In this document: piece after piece, positions 1-8,465 of the stretch
How positions within the stretch are numbered: the stretch's first letter is position 1
Layout: each line of letters opens with the position of its first letter
Source: an uncultured Lentimicrobiaceae bacterium
Lineage (GTDB): Bacteria; Bacteroidota; Bacteroidia; Bacteroidales; UBA4417
Direction of reading: 5' to 3'
Length of the DNA: 64,000 nt
Assembly (NCBI GenBank): GCA_964420555.1
Contig: CAYQTT010000005.1
Coordinates: 151,613-215,612 of the forward strand
Notes under the pieces: model-generated
The model's input: the letters and a program-made list of their open reading frames with translations, nothing else
What the model was told of the DNA's origin: nothing
Database searches by the model: none
Position numbers and translations under genes: made by a program

Positions 1-300
1 TTTGAGCGTTTCGCGAGCGTATTTTTCGCGATCTTTCAATGGTATTTCAACATCGTTTAAAACCGCTTTCACAGCTGACGTAACATGGTAGGCTTTATAG
101 GCCGCAAAGCGCGAAACATTAGCCTGTAGCCGGTGGCTCAACGGGTTGTCGTTATCATCGGCATAAACGCTTCTAACGCCTTTGCGAAGTGAGTTGCCGT
201 AATGATCGAACAAATCGGGTATCAACTTCGTATCTGCTAATCGGGCGGATTCGATAACATCTTTTGCCTTGTATGCCAAGGCTATTTTATGAACGGTCAA
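1..300 (-). CDS. Head morphogenesis protein, MuF / SPP1 gp7-like (N-terminal part only; continues beyond position 1)
   Basis: My own translation of the minus strand is open from ~300 to position 1: ..LAYKAKDVIESARLADTKLIPDLFDHYGNSLRKGVRSVYADDNDNPLSHRLQANVSRFAAYKAYHVTSAVKAVLNDVEIPLKDREKYARETLK. The NVSRFAAYKAY motif and the position just after the portal fit MuF-family minor head proteins. There is no ATG; TTG at 300 or 279 is possible, and the frame stays open back into the portal 3' end. Confidence 0.5.
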   Translation of the reverse strand, partial: MTVHKIALAYKAKDVIESARLADTKLIPDLFDHYGNSLRKGVRSVYADDNDNPLSHRLQANVSRFAAYKAYHVTSAVKAVLNDVEIPLKDREKYARETLK

Positions 301-362
301 AAATGCATTAGGCCCTATTAATCCGCCACAGCAGTTGCAAACATGCCCGGAGAGCTGGGCTG

Positions 363-1583
363 TTAATTCTTCTTGCCCCCGGGCTTTTGAAAATTTGAGC
401 CGGTTCCTTCCGCTTGCTTCCGGGGGCCGGTAACTTCGATGCCGAATTTATCTTTGATGAATTCCGGAGGGATTTCGTAATACTCCAGGAACCCGAGTGT
501 GCGGGTGTAAAGTTCGCCGGTATCCTCCTGGGGATCGAAACTGAAGGTAAGCCCGTCGGGTAATAAGCCAATAAGATAAAATGCCGGTAATGCAACTGAG
601 TTTATATACGCTTCGATATAGCGTTTATCGGCTTCGGAGCGGCGCATAAGCTGCTCCATACTTACCTTCTCCTTGCTCTCGTTGCCGTTCTTTGTATCCT
701 GCCCTATTATGGCACCGTGCAGGAGCATTGAATTTTCGTTGTTGCAAAGGTTAATGAGGCTGCTAAATACATCGCCGCTTATGGCTATGCCTTTTGCAAA
801 TTCAAACTCCTCCGAATCATCGATAATAAACCAGGCGGCAGTTCCCATGTCGCGCATGGCACTCTCGGCACGGCTGAGCATGGCCGGATCGTTAGTATTT
901 GTCTTAAGTACCCTGGGAGGGATGCCGTAAATTTCGCAAAGTTCGCTCCAGCAGCTTTCAGCAAAGCGTTTGAACAGCACATGCGGAATAGCTTTGTTAA
1001 GCATTCCTAAATCGCCTGGCTCACCGAATTCGAGCAGCCAGCTTCCGTACTCTTTTGCATCGCGATAGGCTATGCCGGTGGTGGCTGATTCATCCAGGAG
1101 TAAGATTCCTTTTTCGGGGATCACGTTTGTTTTTGGAATGAGAACCGGCTTAAGTTTGCCATCCTTATCAGTAACCATGTCGACCAGGGCAGTTCCGTCC
1201 AGCTGAGTATCAAAAATGTAACCCAGGAAGTTAGTAAACCAGGGCAGTGATTTTAACAGCGCCGTGTTATCCTCATCTATCTTATCGCCGCTCTTGAGCG
1301 TGTAAGGGGCTGAAATGCTTATCAGCCTCCGGCTTTCGATAAGCGAGGTAAGCATAGCATCAAGCCTGATATCCTTATACATTTTTTGCAAAAGAACCCG
1401 CTTAGGGTTATCGGCATTCATGGCCGATTGCTGGGCGCGTTTCCAGTGGCTAATATCCTGCCGGGTAATGCTGATGCTCTTGGGAGCTATTTGCGCCGCA
1501 TAACCGCCTTCGCGTTTTTTAACGACCGGCTGTTCGGGGGTGCTTGATTTGAGGTTGGTGCGCCTCACATTATTCGTTTTCAT
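363..1583 (-). CDS. Phage portal protein (putative, possibly Mu gp29/DUF935-like)
   Basis: 406-aa ORF in the terL - small genes - X - MuF-like order typical of portals. Assignment is by position and size, not by a diagnostic motif. Confidence 0.55.
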   Translation of the reverse strand: MKTNNVRRTNLKSSTPEQPVVKKREGGYAAQIAPKSISITRQDISHWKRAQQSAMNADNPKRVLLQKMYKDIRLDAMLTSLIESRRLISISAPYTLKSGDKIDEDNTALLKSLPWFTNFLGYIFDTQLDGTALVDMVTDKDGKLKPVLIPKTNVIPEKGILLLDESATTGIAYRDAKEYGSWLLEFGEPGDLGMLNKAIPHVLFKRFAESCWSELCEIYGIPPRVLKTNTNDPAMLSRAESAMRDMGTAAWFIIDDSEEFEFAKGIAISGDVFSSLINLCNNENSMLLHGAIIGQDTKNGNESKEKVSMEQLMRRSEADKRYIEAYINSVALPAFYLIGLLPDGLTFSFDPQEDTGELYTRTLGFLEYYEIPPEFIKDKFGIEVTGPRKQAEGTGSNFQKPGGKKN

Positions 1584-1592
1584 AGTATAAAA

Positions 1593-2066
1593 CTATTCGT
1601 GGTTAAACTTTTCGCGGCTTCCGGAGCGGAAGGGTTTGCCTGTGTCGTCAGTATCCGCTGCCGGTGCCAATACCGGCAGATCGGGAGCTATACCCGGTGC
1701 ATTAGCGTATTTGCCTACACCGGCTACTTTTTCGAGCCAATCGACGGCACGGTCGTAGCGTTCTTTTACACGCTCCTGAATAATATCAACATTCGCCAGC
1801 CTGCATACATAATAGAGCGCTATTGACTTGCACAGTTCCAGGATCAGCGCATTGCGATTGGAACCGGTTGTACCGAAAATAGCCGCGACATCGTACCGTG
1901 GTCGCCCGTCGCGCCAGCGGACTTGTCCTGTGGGGCTTAGGTAACTCTTCATTTCTTCCACGGCTGCGTTAATAGCCATTTCAACGATGTCAGGGCTTGT
2001 TTCGGTTATTTGGTCGAGCTGGTAGTCGTAAGCTACCGACTTCATTTCTTCGGTTGTAAGGAACAT
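1593..2066 (-). CDS. Phage head-associated protein, DUF1320 / Mu gp36-like (tentative)
   Basis: 157 aa. The N-terminus MFLTTEEMKSVAYDYQLDQIT and the overall size resemble the DUF1320 family as I remember it. Not verified. Confidence 0.35.
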   Translation of the reverse strand: MFLTTEEMKSVAYDYQLDQITETSPDIVEMAINAAVEEMKSYLSPTGQVRWRDGRPRYDVAAIFGTTGSNRNALILELCKSIALYYVCRLANVDIIQERVKERYDRAVDWLEKVAGVGKYANAPGIAPDLPVLAPAADTDDTGKPFRSGSREKFNHE

Positions 2067-2068
2067 GG

Positions 2069-2404
2069 TTAATATTTTTTATCTCTGGTACGTATTCCGG
2101 GTTCCGGTGCCGGTTGCTTTCCGGTATCGGTTACAAAGTAGGCGTGTTTCTCTATCATTTCGATAGTAGTGCCTTTTTTAAAGGTACGGCGCTTAATGGC
2201 ATTCTTTAGATTTTGCTTAGCAATGCACCGAGGGCGACCCCACCACATGGTTACTATGTAGCGCCTGTTTTCGAGTTTGCTCAGCTTTACAGCCTTTTTT
2301 ACTTTGCGCTCAAGTAACCAGGTGTAATACGATTTATAAGCATGCATAAACGCCCATCGGAAAGGCAGTGCCGCGAGTAGAAATATGTTTTTTAAAAAGT
2401 ACAT
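2069..2404 (-). CDS. Hypothetical phage protein, N-terminal hydrophobic segment, very basic
   Basis: 111-aa ORF that fills the gap between terL and the next gene on the same strand, with 2-nt spacing to its downstream neighbour. Confidence 0.4.
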   Translation of the reverse strand: MYFLKNIFLLAALPFRWAFMHAYKSYYTWLLERKVKKAVKLSKLENRRYIVTMWWGRPRCIAKQNLKNAIKRRTFKKGTTIEMIEKHAYFVTDTGKQPAPEPGIRTRDKKY

Positions 2405-2427
2405 AAATGGTGTTTAAAGGTTTTTTA

Positions 2428-2452
2428 AAGAGACGCGAGCATCGCGTCTTTA
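2428..2452 (-). repeat. GC-rich hairpin AGACGCGA-tgc-TCGCGTCT (read on the minus strand), intercistronic after terL
   Basis: The plus strand reads aaagAGACGCGAgcaTCGCGTCTtt. On the minus strand the 19-nt core is identical to the copy at 5617..5635 on the plus strand. Confidence 0.7.
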
Positions 2453-2454
2453 CG

Positions 2455-4026
2455 TTAATATTGGCGTGATTCGCGACGGCCCCAGCTCCATTTGCTGTTT
2501 TTATTTCTGGTGGCCGTACTTAGTTTTGAGAAACCTCCTTCGCATGCATCGGGGCCGTCGACCGGTGATCCGCTTCCCTTTTCAAAAGCCATATACTGGT
2601 CAAGAAGCTCAATTTGATCGGCAGTGTCTTTTTCATCGATGTTAAAGAAAACGTTTCGCCTCTCAAAATACGGTTCGGTGGCTTCGATACGGTCGTACTT
2701 ATCAGCCTTTGTTTGCTTATCGGCAATTACCGGAATATGGTATCCCCGGTCGTCGCCTTCGTTGTCGAAGTCATTCACAAAGTCGTCCATTGAAAACAAG
2801 CCCTCAATGTAGTAGCGGATACGCGGGTATTTCTTCAGCTCCTTATCCTCATACAGATCATACAGCCACTTTGCAGCCTTGGCGCGGCTTGTTTGCCGCA
2901 GGAAGCTGTGTATGATATGGTAATCGCGGCCAATTTTTCCCATCAGGAACATACCCTTGTGGCAGGCGGTGTCCTTGTACGAAAGGTCACCATACAGGCA
3001 AATAGAGTCGTACTTATCGTAATTCAGCATCTTTGTCCACTGCATGTCGTCCATCCGGAACACATTGCCGTCTTCAACATGCACATGCATATACTCACGC
3101 ATGAACGAGCGGTACGGCGTGTTCTTGAATTTCTTGATCCAGTACTCAGCCGATGTTTTCGAAATCCACGAGGGCAGAAAGCTGATCAGATCGGCAACGG
3201 CCTTAACCTTGATTATTTTATGAAATACCTGGTCGCCGTTGTCTTTCGCTTTTTGTATGAAAGCTTTGAACGAGCGCTCCAGGCGGTTGGTAATACTGTT
3301 TTTGTGGAAGTTGTTGTTGGCGAATATGAAACGCTTCACGGCGTTGTCGCTTTCATCAAAACAGCCCATTGCATCCTCATTAATGAAGTCAACGGCTTCC
3401 TCCATTATCCGGTCGTTATTCACGTGGCGTTTGTTATCAACGTCGTCAAATAAAATCAGGTCAGGACGGTCGGCCATTTCGCGAAGTCCGCGCGGGTCCT
3501 GACCGAAACCCATCGACATGAACCGGACGCCATCCGTAGTTACAAAGTTGCCATTACTCCAGTCGCCTGCTTTAAACTTTTCGCCGTAGTCGTTCACAAA
3601 GCGTTTGTTATACTTCAGTTCAGCCTGGATGCCTGATATGAGTTTTTTGGCTTTCTGCTCCGTAAGGCCAAAGAGCAGCATAAACCGCAGTTTGCCCTTT
3701 ATCATCAGATGCAGCGGGATACCTATATCCACATGCACGGATTTACCTCCGGAGCGATAAACCTCCAGCAGCAGGTAAACCTCGTTGTTATTGATAACTT
3801 CGTTTGCGGCATCAATATGGAACCGGGCGCACTCAACCTTAGCATAATGGTTCAGGTAATACTCGAACCACAATTTATAATCACTCTCCAGGAGCTTGAT
3901 CCTTGCCGCTCTTGCAGCCGGTGTTTCGCCCTTGAGCACAGAGGTAGCCTTAAGAACGCGCTGGCAATGCAGGTCGTAATTATCAAGAAGCTTCAGGAGC
4001 TTGCTGTCAATATCCGAGATAGCCAT
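2455..4026 (-). CDS. terL: Terminase large subunit
   Basis: 523 aa. Walker A-like YRSGGKSV and Walker B-like DLILFDDVD, followed by a C-terminal nuclease-like half. The start overlaps the stop of the upstream small-subunit gene. Confidence 0.85.
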   Translation of the reverse strand: MAISDIDSKLLKLLDNYDLHCQRVLKATSVLKGETPAARAARIKLLESDYKLWFEYYLNHYAKVECARFHIDAANEVINNNEVYLLLEVYRSGGKSVHVDIGIPLHLMIKGKLRFMLLFGLTEQKAKKLISGIQAELKYNKRFVNDYGEKFKAGDWSNGNFVTTDGVRFMSMGFGQDPRGLREMADRPDLILFDDVDNKRHVNNDRIMEEAVDFINEDAMGCFDESDNAVKRFIFANNNFHKNSITNRLERSFKAFIQKAKDNGDQVFHKIIKVKAVADLISFLPSWISKTSAEYWIKKFKNTPYRSFMREYMHVHVEDGNVFRMDDMQWTKMLNYDKYDSICLYGDLSYKDTACHKGMFLMGKIGRDYHIIHSFLRQTSRAKAAKWLYDLYEDKELKKYPRIRYYIEGLFSMDDFVNDFDNEGDDRGYHIPVIADKQTKADKYDRIEATEPYFERRNVFFNIDEKDTADQIELLDQYMAFEKGSGSPVDGPDACEGGFSKLSTATRNKNSKWSWGRRESRQY

Positions 4027-4463
4027 TAATCAACTTTTGATTGTGCCACATGAGTGAGGTACTTTTTGTGCCAGGCGGTGAAAGTAACAGCCTGCTCCGG
4101 ATCATTGTCAACCATCCAGTTGTCAAACTCTTTGAATACGGATATGATTACCGGGATTGATTGTGAAGCCTTTTCGAAGGCGGCATAAACCTTTTGAATT
4201 TTCAAAAGCGAATCAGCATCAATCACGCTCTTTTCGCCCTTGGCAATTTTGGCAAGTTCGGTCTTGAGTAATTGCCTCAACTTGTGCGGCGATGTAATAA
4301 ACTCATCGCGCTTATTGTCCCAGCCGTGATCGCTTCGCCATTTGCTAAGCGTAACCTCCGAAATGCTCAAAACCTCGGCGATGGCTGAATTTTTGAATCC
4401 ATGTTCGACGAACATAGTTTCGGCGTCTTCGTAGAGTTTATGCCGGGGTGTTTTCTTAGCCAT
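4026..4463 (-). CDS. Terminase small subunit / HTH DNA-binding protein (Mu gp27/DUF1804-like, tentative)
   Basis: 145 aa with an N-terminal HTH-like segment (GFKNSAIAEVLSISEVTLSKWRSDHGWDNKRDE). Lies immediately upstream of terL and overlaps it by 1 nt. Confidence 0.6.
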   Translation of the reverse strand: MAKKTPRHKLYEDAETMFVEHGFKNSAIAEVLSISEVTLSKWRSDHGWDNKRDEFITSPHKLRQLLKTELAKIAKGEKSVIDADSLLKIQKVYAAFEKASQSIPVIISVFKEFDNWMVDNDPEQAVTFTAWHKKYLTHVAQSKVD

Positions 4464-4524
4464 AACGTTGAATTTTCTGCAAAAATGAACTGAAACCCCT
4501 TTAGATAATAATTTCCTTCAAAGG

Positions 4525-4544
4525 GTTGGAAGGTTCCTTCCAAC
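4525..4544. promoter_or_regulatory. Perfect inverted repeat GTTGGAAGG-tt-CCTTCCAAC in the divergent intergenic region (operator candidate)
   Basis: 9-bp arms with a 2-nt spacer, too tight for an RNA loop. It lies midway between the divergently transcribed terS (start 4463) and the protease/scaffold gene (start 4621). Confidence 0.4.
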
Positions 4545-4620
4545 TGTTACACAGTTATTTGCAAAGCTATTTTGGCGGCGGTATGTTTGCTGCTCCAATC
4601 GATAATAACCAGGCCCCGAA

Positions 4621-5616
4621 ATGGCGAAAAAAGAAAAGCAAAAGCACTTTATCCTTAATGACGAATCGGTGCTGAACTCGCACGGCTTCTTCATCATGAA
4701 CGCCGGTGGCGACTTCGAACGCTTCAACAGTAACCCAGTGATGCTCGATGCGCATGGTGGCGACAGCTGCCTGAATGTAATAGGCTGCTGGGGAGCTTTA
4801 ACTACGGAAGGATCGCAGCTGCTTGCCGAACCCGAATTTGACATGGAGGATGAAAACGCAGCTAAGATTGCCGGTAAGGTTGACCGTGGCTATGTGAAAG
4901 GTGCCAGCATGGGATTATACATACTTGATGCCGAAATGCGCGATATGCCCGGACAGGGTTTTTACCCGGTAGTTACCCGCTGGGAGCTGCTCGAAGCTTC
5001 GCCGGTTCCGGTACCTAGCAATAAGGCTGCCTTGCGACTTTATGCCGCTGACCGCAAAACCGTCATTACCCTGGAAGAGGTTAAATTATCAATAAACGAA
5101 ATCATTAAATTAAAAAATCCCGAAATGGAAAAAATCACTTTAACAGTCGAGTCAGCAAAACTACTTGGCTTAGGTAAGAGTACGGATGAAACCGAACTCA
5201 ACGCCGCAATTATGGAATTATCGGCTAAACTTTCAGCTGCTCTTGCAGCAAAGCTGAAGGCTGAAACTGAAAAGACTGAAGCCGAAACCAAACTTTCGGA
5301 CTATGCAGCCAAACAGGCCACTGACCTGGTTGAACTTGCTGTGAAAGAAGGCCGTATTACTGCCGATAAAAAGGAGAGTTTTATTAAGCTTGCTACCTCC
5401 GATTATGACCAGGCTAAAACCATCCTCGAAGCTCTTCCAGGAAAAGCCAATTTGAGCGACAAAGTTAAAACCGGTGCACCCGGATCAGCTCCAGACCGCG
5501 CAGACTGGGATTACATGAAATGGGCGAAAGAAGACTCAGCCGGTTTGCAAAAACTTGCTGCTGAAGACCCAACCCGCTTTACTGAGTTGAAGGCTGCTTA
5601 TAAATCGAAAATGTAA
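4621..5616 (+). CDS. Prohead protease fused to a coiled-coil scaffold domain
   Basis: 331 aa. The N-terminal half (NSHGFFIMNAGGDFERFNSNPVMLDAHGGD...) resembles HK97/U35-type prohead proteases. The C-terminal half is Ala/Lys/Glu-rich coiled coil. It lies directly upstream of the capsid gene, as with Mu I/Z. Confidence 0.7.
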   Translation: MAKKEKQKHFILNDESVLNSHGFFIMNAGGDFERFNSNPVMLDAHGGDSCLNVIGCWGALTTEGSQLLAEPEFDMEDENAAKIAGKVDRGYVKGASMGLYILDAEMRDMPGQGFYPVVTRWELLEASPVPVPSNKAALRLYAADRKTVITLEEVKLSINEIIKLKNPEMEKITLTVESAKLLGLGKSTDETELNAAIMELSAKLSAALAAKLKAETEKTEAETKLSDYAAKQATDLVELAVKEGRITADKKESFIKLATSDYDQAKTILEALPGKANLSDKVKTGAPGSAPDRADWDYMKWAKEDSAGLQKLAAEDPTRFTELKAAYKSKM

Positions 5617-5688
5617 AGACGCGATGCTCGCGTCTCTATCCGGAGACGCGAAAATCGGGTCAACGCGGAGACGCGAACATCGCGTCTC
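5617..5688 (+). repeat. Three tandem copies of the GAGACGCGA-N3-TCGCGTCTC hairpin family
   Basis: 5617..5635 is AGACGCGAtgcTCGCGTCT. 5643..5661 is GAGACGCGAaaaTCGGGTC (degenerate). 5668..5688 is GAGACGCGAacaTCGCGTCTC. No T-run follows any copy. Confidence 0.75.
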
Positions 5689-5731
5689 TACGGCAATAAA
5701 AAATCTTTACTAACCCAAATCTTTTAAACCA

Positions 5732-6742
5732 ATGCGAAAACGCTTTTCATTCGGTAACTTCATGTTTAACGTGATTGTTGCCTTCGGATTTATCCTCGCC
5801 GGATTACCGGCACTACCGGTTCTCGGGGCTTCGGCCATAGCAGGTACCGCACTCTCTTACCTTCAACAGCCAGGTATTGCAATGGCCGGAATTCAAAAGG
5901 AAATCTGGACTGACGTACTTATGGAAGGTTTCTACCCTAAGGATGACTTTTTATCCTGGTCGCGCGACATGAGTGAATTTGTGGAATACAACACTATAAA
6001 CCTCGCAGAGGCCGGTGCTGACCCCAATTTGCTTATTGACAACAATGTTTATCCAATCGCGGCTGCTGTGCGTGTTGACGTTCCTAAATCAGTTACTTTG
6101 AAAACCCTCGACACGGATTCGACCATTGTGCGAAACCTGGAGAAAATGGAGGTATCTTACAATAAGATGGATTCAGTTGTCCGCAGTCACCGTAACGTAC
6201 TTCGTACCGGCGCAATTCAGTTAGCTGCTCATTTCTGGGCACCACAGGCCAACGGCGTGTTAACGCCTGTTTTAACTGCAACCGGTGCCCTGGTAAACGG
6301 ATACCGACAGTTAACCTTCGAGGATATCCTCCAGCTGCAAATTCAGTTCAATAACTTTGATGTTGACCCTATGTCGCTGGCGCTTATGCTTTGCCCACGC
6401 CACCGGTCGGACTTAATGGCTCAGGATATGAAGCTTTATAAGGACATAGTTCAGAGCGGTAATATATTCGGCCTGAAATTCTTTACCAACTCACAAACGC
6501 CTCGATGGAATTCGGCCACAGGAGCAAAAGTAGCTTTCCAGGCTGCACCGGCAGGAACTGATACCATTAGCTCCACGATATGGAGTAAAGATGAGGTAAT
6601 GAAAGCTGATGGCTCGGTAGACGTATTTGCAAAATACAACGATCCGGATCAGAAAGGTGATGTGATCAACTTCCAGAAACGATTTATCGCTCTGCCGCTT
6701 CGTAACAAGGTACTGGGCGCTATCTATAGCCCCAAAGTGTAA
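5732..6742 (+). CDS. Major capsid protein (putative)
   Basis: 336 aa, immediately after the protease/scaffold gene. Size and position fit a major head protein. The N-terminal ~45 residues are unusually hydrophobic. Confidence 0.6.
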   Translation: MRKRFSFGNFMFNVIVAFGFILAGLPALPVLGASAIAGTALSYLQQPGIAMAGIQKEIWTDVLMEGFYPKDDFLSWSRDMSEFVEYNTINLAEAGADPNLLIDNNVYPIAAAVRVDVPKSVTLKTLDTDSTIVRNLEKMEVSYNKMDSVVRSHRNVLRTGAIQLAAHFWAPQANGVLTPVLTATGALVNGYRQLTFEDILQLQIQFNNFDVDPMSLALMLCPRHRSDLMAQDMKLYKDIVQSGNIFGLKFFTNSQTPRWNSATGAKVAFQAAPAGTDTISSTIWSKDEVMKADGSVDVFAKYNDPDQKGDVINFQKRFIALPLRNKVLGAIYSPKV

Positions 6743-6833
6743 TTTTTTATTATCCATAGTTTGTTTGTTTAATGCCGAACCCAAAGCCCTGCCCTTAACC
6801 GGGCAGGGAACCGGGGACTAATCAAAGAGAGTT

Positions 6834-7094
6834 ATGAGTGAATTCGAAATATGGGCTTACCGTGGAATCATAGCCATTGCATTTTTGATATTGTGGTGGG
6901 GGTTTCAGAGGCTGATTAAAAAATTCGATGAACTTATAAAGTCGATTGAAAAACTCACGCTGCAAAATCAGAGCCACAACGACCGATTGAAAGTGTTGGA
7001 CGAAGTTGTGCGCGACCACCGCGTGAGGATAAACAAACATGATGACCGGATTCGTAAAATTGAGCAAAAAGTAAGCAATGAAGATCACGGATAA
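6834..7094 (+). CDS. Membrane-anchored coiled-coil protein (holin or i-spanin-like lysis component)
   Basis: 86 aa with one N-terminal TM segment (GIIAIAFLILWWGF) followed by a heptad-rich charged tail. Overlaps the endolysin start by 17 nt. Confidence 0.45.
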   Translation: MSEFEIWAYRGIIAIAFLILWWGFQRLIKKFDELIKSIEKLTLQNQSHNDRLKVLDEVVRDHRVRINKHDDRIRKIEQKVSNEDHG

Positions 7095-7503
7095 TTTTGA
7101 CCTGCGCGAATTTGTTGACCCCGCCACATGGCTAATAAGGGGAGAAAAATCGATTGAGTTGATTGATGCCAAGCTTATCACATTAGTTCAGTTCATGCGC
7201 GATTATTTTGATGTGCCGGTAACTATTAACGACTGGCACACCGGAGGAAAATACAAGGAGAGCGGGTTGCGAACATTCATGAGTAAAACCGGCGCTACCT
7301 ATTCGCAGCATAAATTCGGTCGCGCTGCCGACCTTAAATTTTCGGGGCTCACACCCGAGTACGTGAGAAAAGAAATACGCAGGAACTGGCCGGTGTTTAT
7401 GGACAAAGGACTTACCTGCATTGAAAAGGATACACCTACCTGGGTGCATATTGATTGCCGAAACGTTGGATCAAACACGCTTTTAGAAGTTCCATACAAA
7501 TGA
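7078..7503 (+). CDS. Endolysin, peptidase M15 family (zinc D-Ala-D-Ala / L-Ala-D-Glu peptidase type)
   Basis: 141 aa with an H-x6-D motif (SQHKFGRAAD) and a second His in WVHID, the Zn-ligand pattern of the M15 family. Confidence 0.8.
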   Translation: MKITDNFDLREFVDPATWLIRGEKSIELIDAKLITLVQFMRDYFDVPVTINDWHTGGKYKESGLRTFMSKTGATYSQHKFGRAADLKFSGLTPEYVRKEIRRNWPVFMDKGLTCIEKDTPTWVHIDCRNVGSNTLLEVPYK

Positions 7504-8009
7504 AAATTTTACTCATATCCCTGGTATCCTTATTCCTGGTTACCGGGTGCTGCACACAGCAAAGGTGCAACCAAAAGTTCCCGCCGGTGCAAACCGTTAA
7601 CGACAGCTCAGCAGTTACGACTGATGAGAGTGTCCAGGAGAAGGATTCCATTTCACATTTACCCGCCGATAGCTCATGGCTGAAAGCCTTGCTTGAGTGC
7701 AACGAACACGGACAGGTGATCATGAAAGAACTACAGGGATATAAGGCCGGTAAAAATGCGAACGTTCCCCAGGTTAAAGTTAAGGATAACGTTTTAACCG
7801 CAGTCTGCAATGTTGACTCAGTGGCCGTTTATAATCGTATTTCGAAGCGGTTTAAAAACAAAGTCGAATACAAAGATCGCGAAGTTCTCAAAGAGAGGCG
7901 GGTAAATTACCTCACGCCATTTCAAACGGCTGAGATCAAAGGCTTTTACATAGCCTCAGCATTGCTGCTGATATTCGGCTCATTATTCATCTATAAAATC
8001 ACCCATTAA
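7500..8009 (+). CDS. Lipoprotein with C-terminal transmembrane helix (unimolecular-spanin-like)
   Basis: The ATG at 7500 overlaps the endolysin TGA (ATGA). MKILLISLVSLFLVTGC carries a lipobox (VTGC). The C-terminus GFYIASALLLIFGSLFIYKITH is a TM helix. The ORF-track start at 7455 is an upstream extension. Confidence 0.55.
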   Translation: MKILLISLVSLFLVTGCCTQQRCNQKFPPVQTVNDSSAVTTDESVQEKDSISHLPADSSWLKALLECNEHGQVIMKELQGYKAGKNANVPQVKVKDNVLTAVCNVDSVAVYNRISKRFKNKVEYKDREVLKERRVNYLTPFQTAEIKGFYIASALLLIFGSLFIYKITH

Positions 8010-8010
8010 A

Positions 8011-8463
8011 ATGACAAAGCCAAAAGCAAAAAACCTTATCCAGAAACCGACTCCTACCAAGCCGCCGGTTCTTGGTTCTGATCCGGGACCGGCTCCATCA
8101 CTGAAGCCTGATCCTGATAACCTCACCAACGTGGTGGAGAATGGCACTGATCCCATGCTTGAGAAAGCGGCTGATGATGCCACTGCTTCAGGAACTGACA
8201 AAGCTCCTGAAGGTGACAAAGCTCCTGAAGGCGACAAAGCTCCTGAAGGTGACGAAGCTCCTGAAGTATCGGAAGCTGAAACGCAGACCGAGAAAAGGAA
8301 GGAACGTGCCAGGGAAGTTTTCGCTAATCACGATATCCCTGAGGTGTACTTTACCAGCGATGGCAATGCGTTTACAAAGCATATGTATGCCAGTATGCAC
8401 TCCACCAGCCTGCCAAAAGGTATGGAAGAGGAAGTAACCACCATTAAAAGATCGGAGGTATAA
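8011..8463 (+). CDS. Hypothetical phage protein with Pro/Lys-rich N-terminus and (D-K-A-P-E-G)x4 repeat
   Basis: 150-aa ORF, packed tightly between the lysis genes and the sheath gene. Confidence 0.55.
   Translation: MTKPKAKNLIQKPTPTKPPVLGSDPGPAPSLKPDPDNLTNVVENGTDPMLEKAADDATASGTDKAPEGDKAPEGDKAPEGDEAPEVSEAETQTEKRKERAREVFANHDIPEVYFTSDGNAFTKHMYASMHSTSLPKGMEEEVTTIKRSEV
8197..8268 (+). repeat. 4 x 18-bp in-frame tandem repeat GACAAAGCTCCTGAAGGT
   Basis: Units at 8197, 8215, 8233 and 8251. The fourth is degenerate (GACGAAGCTCCTGAAGTA). Confidence 0.9.
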
Positions 8464-8465
8464 TA

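Noticed and set aside
308-595. 95-aa ORF on the minus strand overlapping the portal 3' end
   Set aside because: It is out of frame with the well-supported portal and MuF-like reading frames, with a low-complexity basic translation.
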